A stretch of DNA of 64,000 bases from assembly GCF_964194155.1 (NCBI RefSeq), contig NC_135901.1, forward strand, positions 17,670,001 through 17,734,000. Reading direction: 5' to 3'. Below, in pieces: positions 61,681-64,000 of the stretch (positions within the stretch are counted from its first letter, which is position 1; the number at the start of each line of letters is the position of its first letter). The notes below the pieces were generated by a model, which was not told where the DNA came from, ran no database searches, and was given only the letters and a program-made list of their open reading frames with translations. The position numbers were made by a program, and so were the translations under genes. Source of the DNA: Cetorhinus maximus. Lineage: Eukaryota.

Positions 61681-62146
61681 CATAGTGGTTACATTACTGG
61701 ATTAGTAATCGAGAGGGAATAATGATCTGGAGATGTGAGTTCAAATCCCATCACAACAGTTAGAGATTTTAAATTCAGTTAATTTAATAAATCCGGAATA
61801 AAAATCTACTATAAAAGCTGTTATCAGTGATTATGAAATGAATGCATTGTTACAAAAGTCCAACTGGTCCCCTGACATCCTCGAGGAGCGGAAATCTGCC
61901 ATCGCAGCCTTATCTGGTCTTCAGGTGACTCCAGACCAACAGCAATGTGTGCTTTGAACCTTTGACCCTTTAAAACGGTGCATAAGCCACTTGGTCATAT
62001 CAAAACCGCTCAGAGAAAGTAAAATTCAATTGGATCGCAGCGGTTTGGGAAGGCAGGTCACCATCACATTCTCAAGGGCAATTAGGGATGGTAATAAATG
62101 CCCGCATTGCCAGTGACACCCATATCCTGTGATGAATGAAAAAAAA
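61681..62146 (+). mobile_element. Near-full-length tRNA-derived SINE
   Basis: Head tagtggtt...gagttcaaatccc, body and family-B tail ending tgaatgaaaaaaaa. Confidence 0.7.
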
Positions 62147-62559
62147 GGAGCTGCAGCCTGTTTCCAGGTTTCTCTGTGTTATTGGTGTGTGACAGCATAA
62201 CTAAAAATGCACAACCAGAAATATCCACGAGACAACAATCCTGACAGTTACTCACTGAAAGGATTCACTGAGTCACCCCATCTGCTGAGTTCACATTTGA
62301 CTGGAGGGATTGGATTCCGCGTCATTGCTGCTGTTTCGATAAAACTTTGGGGGATTTGCAATTCACCATCAATTCCCTTCTTTTTGGTGGATAATGGAGG
62401 TTCTGTGCTCTTGGGCTTCTGTATAATTTGGTTGCTAATTTTATTGAGTGCCCAACACTCGCCCCAATCCCCACATCGTTGCAAAAAAAGGACTCACGAT
62501 TCACCAATTAGGCCACTCGATGGTGAGGACTTTACCCAGCATCCCCCGCGGTGGGGAAT

Positions 62560-63060
62560 GTCCCCTATCCCCACCACAGGAGAGCAGTGCGCAGGCGCAG
62601 TACCGCCCAGTGTTTGGAGCATGCGCCATAATGGCGATGCGGAGTCTTCTGTCTCTCTTGTCTCCAAACCGGTAATGAAGTGAAAACACGGAGGGAGCGA
62701 TGGAGGCGGCGGGAGGACAGGGTTTCTAAACACCTCGTAAACGCACCAAACGTCGAATAAGACCCTGAGATACTCCCGTTTGCAGCCCGGTTCTTTTTTC
62801 CGAACAAGTTCAAGTTAACGGCAACAGAAATGAACAGTTCTGTTGAAGGGTCATGAGGACTCGAAACATCAATTGTGCTCTTCTCCGCCGATGCTGGCAG
62901 ACCTGCTGAGTTTTTCCAGGTGTTTCTGTTTTTGTTTTGGATTTCCAGCATTCTCAGTTTTTTGTTTTTATTCAAGTTAACGGCTGCCATTTTGGTTGAT
63001 CGGGGAGCAGAGCGCATGCGCGGACGTCCGGATGCCACAACAGGGAGTGGGCGGGGCTGC
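62560..63060 (+). promoter_or_regulatory. CpG-island promoter and first exon of the ZNF locus at the window end
   Basis: tgcgcaggcgca, gagcatgcgcc, gccattttg (YY1-like), gcgcatgcgc. Confidence 0.6.
62823..62970 (+). mobile_element. Short Penelope-derived insertion with 14-bp TSD inside the promoter region
   Basis: ttcaagttaacggc at 62809-62822 and 62971-62984; ctgttga-agggtc...gactc-gaaac core. Confidence 0.8.
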
Positions 63061-63520
63061 AGGGGGGAATCATTTCCCAACTGGGTCCCAGTGCCCGGGG
63101 GTTGCTCTTAAGCGCAACACATTTTTAAACAGCTTCACCCAACCCCAGGCTGCGGGTGATGTTTGCAGCCTACAGAAGTCTATGGGCCATGTATATATTC
63201 ATTGTGAGAGGTTGCAGCCCCTGTATAATTATCTGAAGGTCTGCTCCTCAATGTCTGGTCACACTTCAGACCCAGGCTCCTAATCGTTGTCTGCCCAGTG
63301 TGGAGGGGACTGGGTACATCAGAGGATCTTGTCCTAGAGCTGCTCTTCAGCGTGGTTACAACTTGTAGATCTAGGGTGGGTGGGACCCTCTGGCTGCGTG
63401 TCAGTCTTCTATGGTCTTGCCTGCGCCCTGGTGGCCAGGGCCAGCAAGGATGCAGTGTCCATCCATATGGTTGATGCCTCCCAGAAACAGTGGGCACCTC
63501 AGAGTGCAGAGTGTCTCATA
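63060..63520 (+). mobile_element. Old Tx1/L1-like ORF2 C-terminal fragment
   Basis: Peptide VCSLQKSMGHVYIHCERLQPLYNYLK resembles a Tx1 C-terminal zinc finger. Confidence 0.45.
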
Positions 63521-63718
63521 GTCACTGCAATTAACATTGTGGTTTACTTGTGAAAATACCATTTGCTTTTTTTGCCTTTTGGTGCTTCTTTTAGTTTGAT
63601 TTAGATCACATGTTTGGAAGACAGAGAGAGAAAAAGATTGCATAGAAACTAGAATTGTCTGTTTTGAATTTCTAACATGGACTGATAGAGATACTGACAC
63701 TATCAACTCTTTCTGCAG

Positions 63719-64000
63719 GATATTAGAAGGAGATGATTTGCACAGGAAACTAATCAAGCATCACATCAAGACCTCTCAGAGTCAGTCGATTCATCAGGAC
63801 CTGAATATCATCAGCCTTTGAATGTGGAAGGAGAAATGTTTCTCTGATCTGTCTGTGGGAAAAGATAACAAACATCAGTGTGACCAGAAAAGCACCGAGA
63901 CACACACACCCGAGTGAGAGTCTTCCAGTGCACTGACTGTGGAAAGATCTTTAACCAGTTACACAGCCTGAAAAAACATCACACCATTCACAGCGGGGAG
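63719..64000 (+). other. Start of another ZNF exon (leader plus decayed fingers), runs off the window end
   Basis: Acceptor ttctgcag; homologous to 51993-52280; ...FQCTDCGKIFNQLHSLKKHHTIHSGE. Confidence 0.75.

Overview
Eukaryotic vertebrate DNA. The repeat content (CR1/HER1-like and L2 LINEs, tRNA-derived SINEs, short Penelope foldbacks) suggests a cartilaginous fish, which is an inference. The window is a TE-dense cluster of at least seven paralogous C2H2 zinc-finger loci with no recognisable KRAB domain. Each has a CpG-island promoter with NRF1-like (GCGCATGCGC) motifs, most also with YY1-like (AAGATGGCGGC) motifs, and a shared leader exon. The standout feature is a head-to-tail pair of intact, near-identical, full-length Tx1-clade (Keno-like) non-LTR retrotransposons at 39.8-50.4 kb. 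Each begins with a 5' fragment of U2 snRNA, ending at or near the known Keno insertion point (U2 nt 37). However, neither sits in a U2 gene: both inserted at the same non-U2 site, which is repeated as (a)ggttcag(gagaat) at all three junctions. The doubled U2 leader of copy 1 looks like a record of earlier rounds of insertion into U2 genes. Other observations: an inverted CCAAT/GC-box module between paralogous promoters, a tRNA-Val pseudogene, a head-to-head SINE foldback, Penelope elements with hammerhead-like cores, retroviral pol/env-like remnants, nested LINEs and a 44-bp minisatellite. Boundaries of degraded repeats were read by eye and are approximate.
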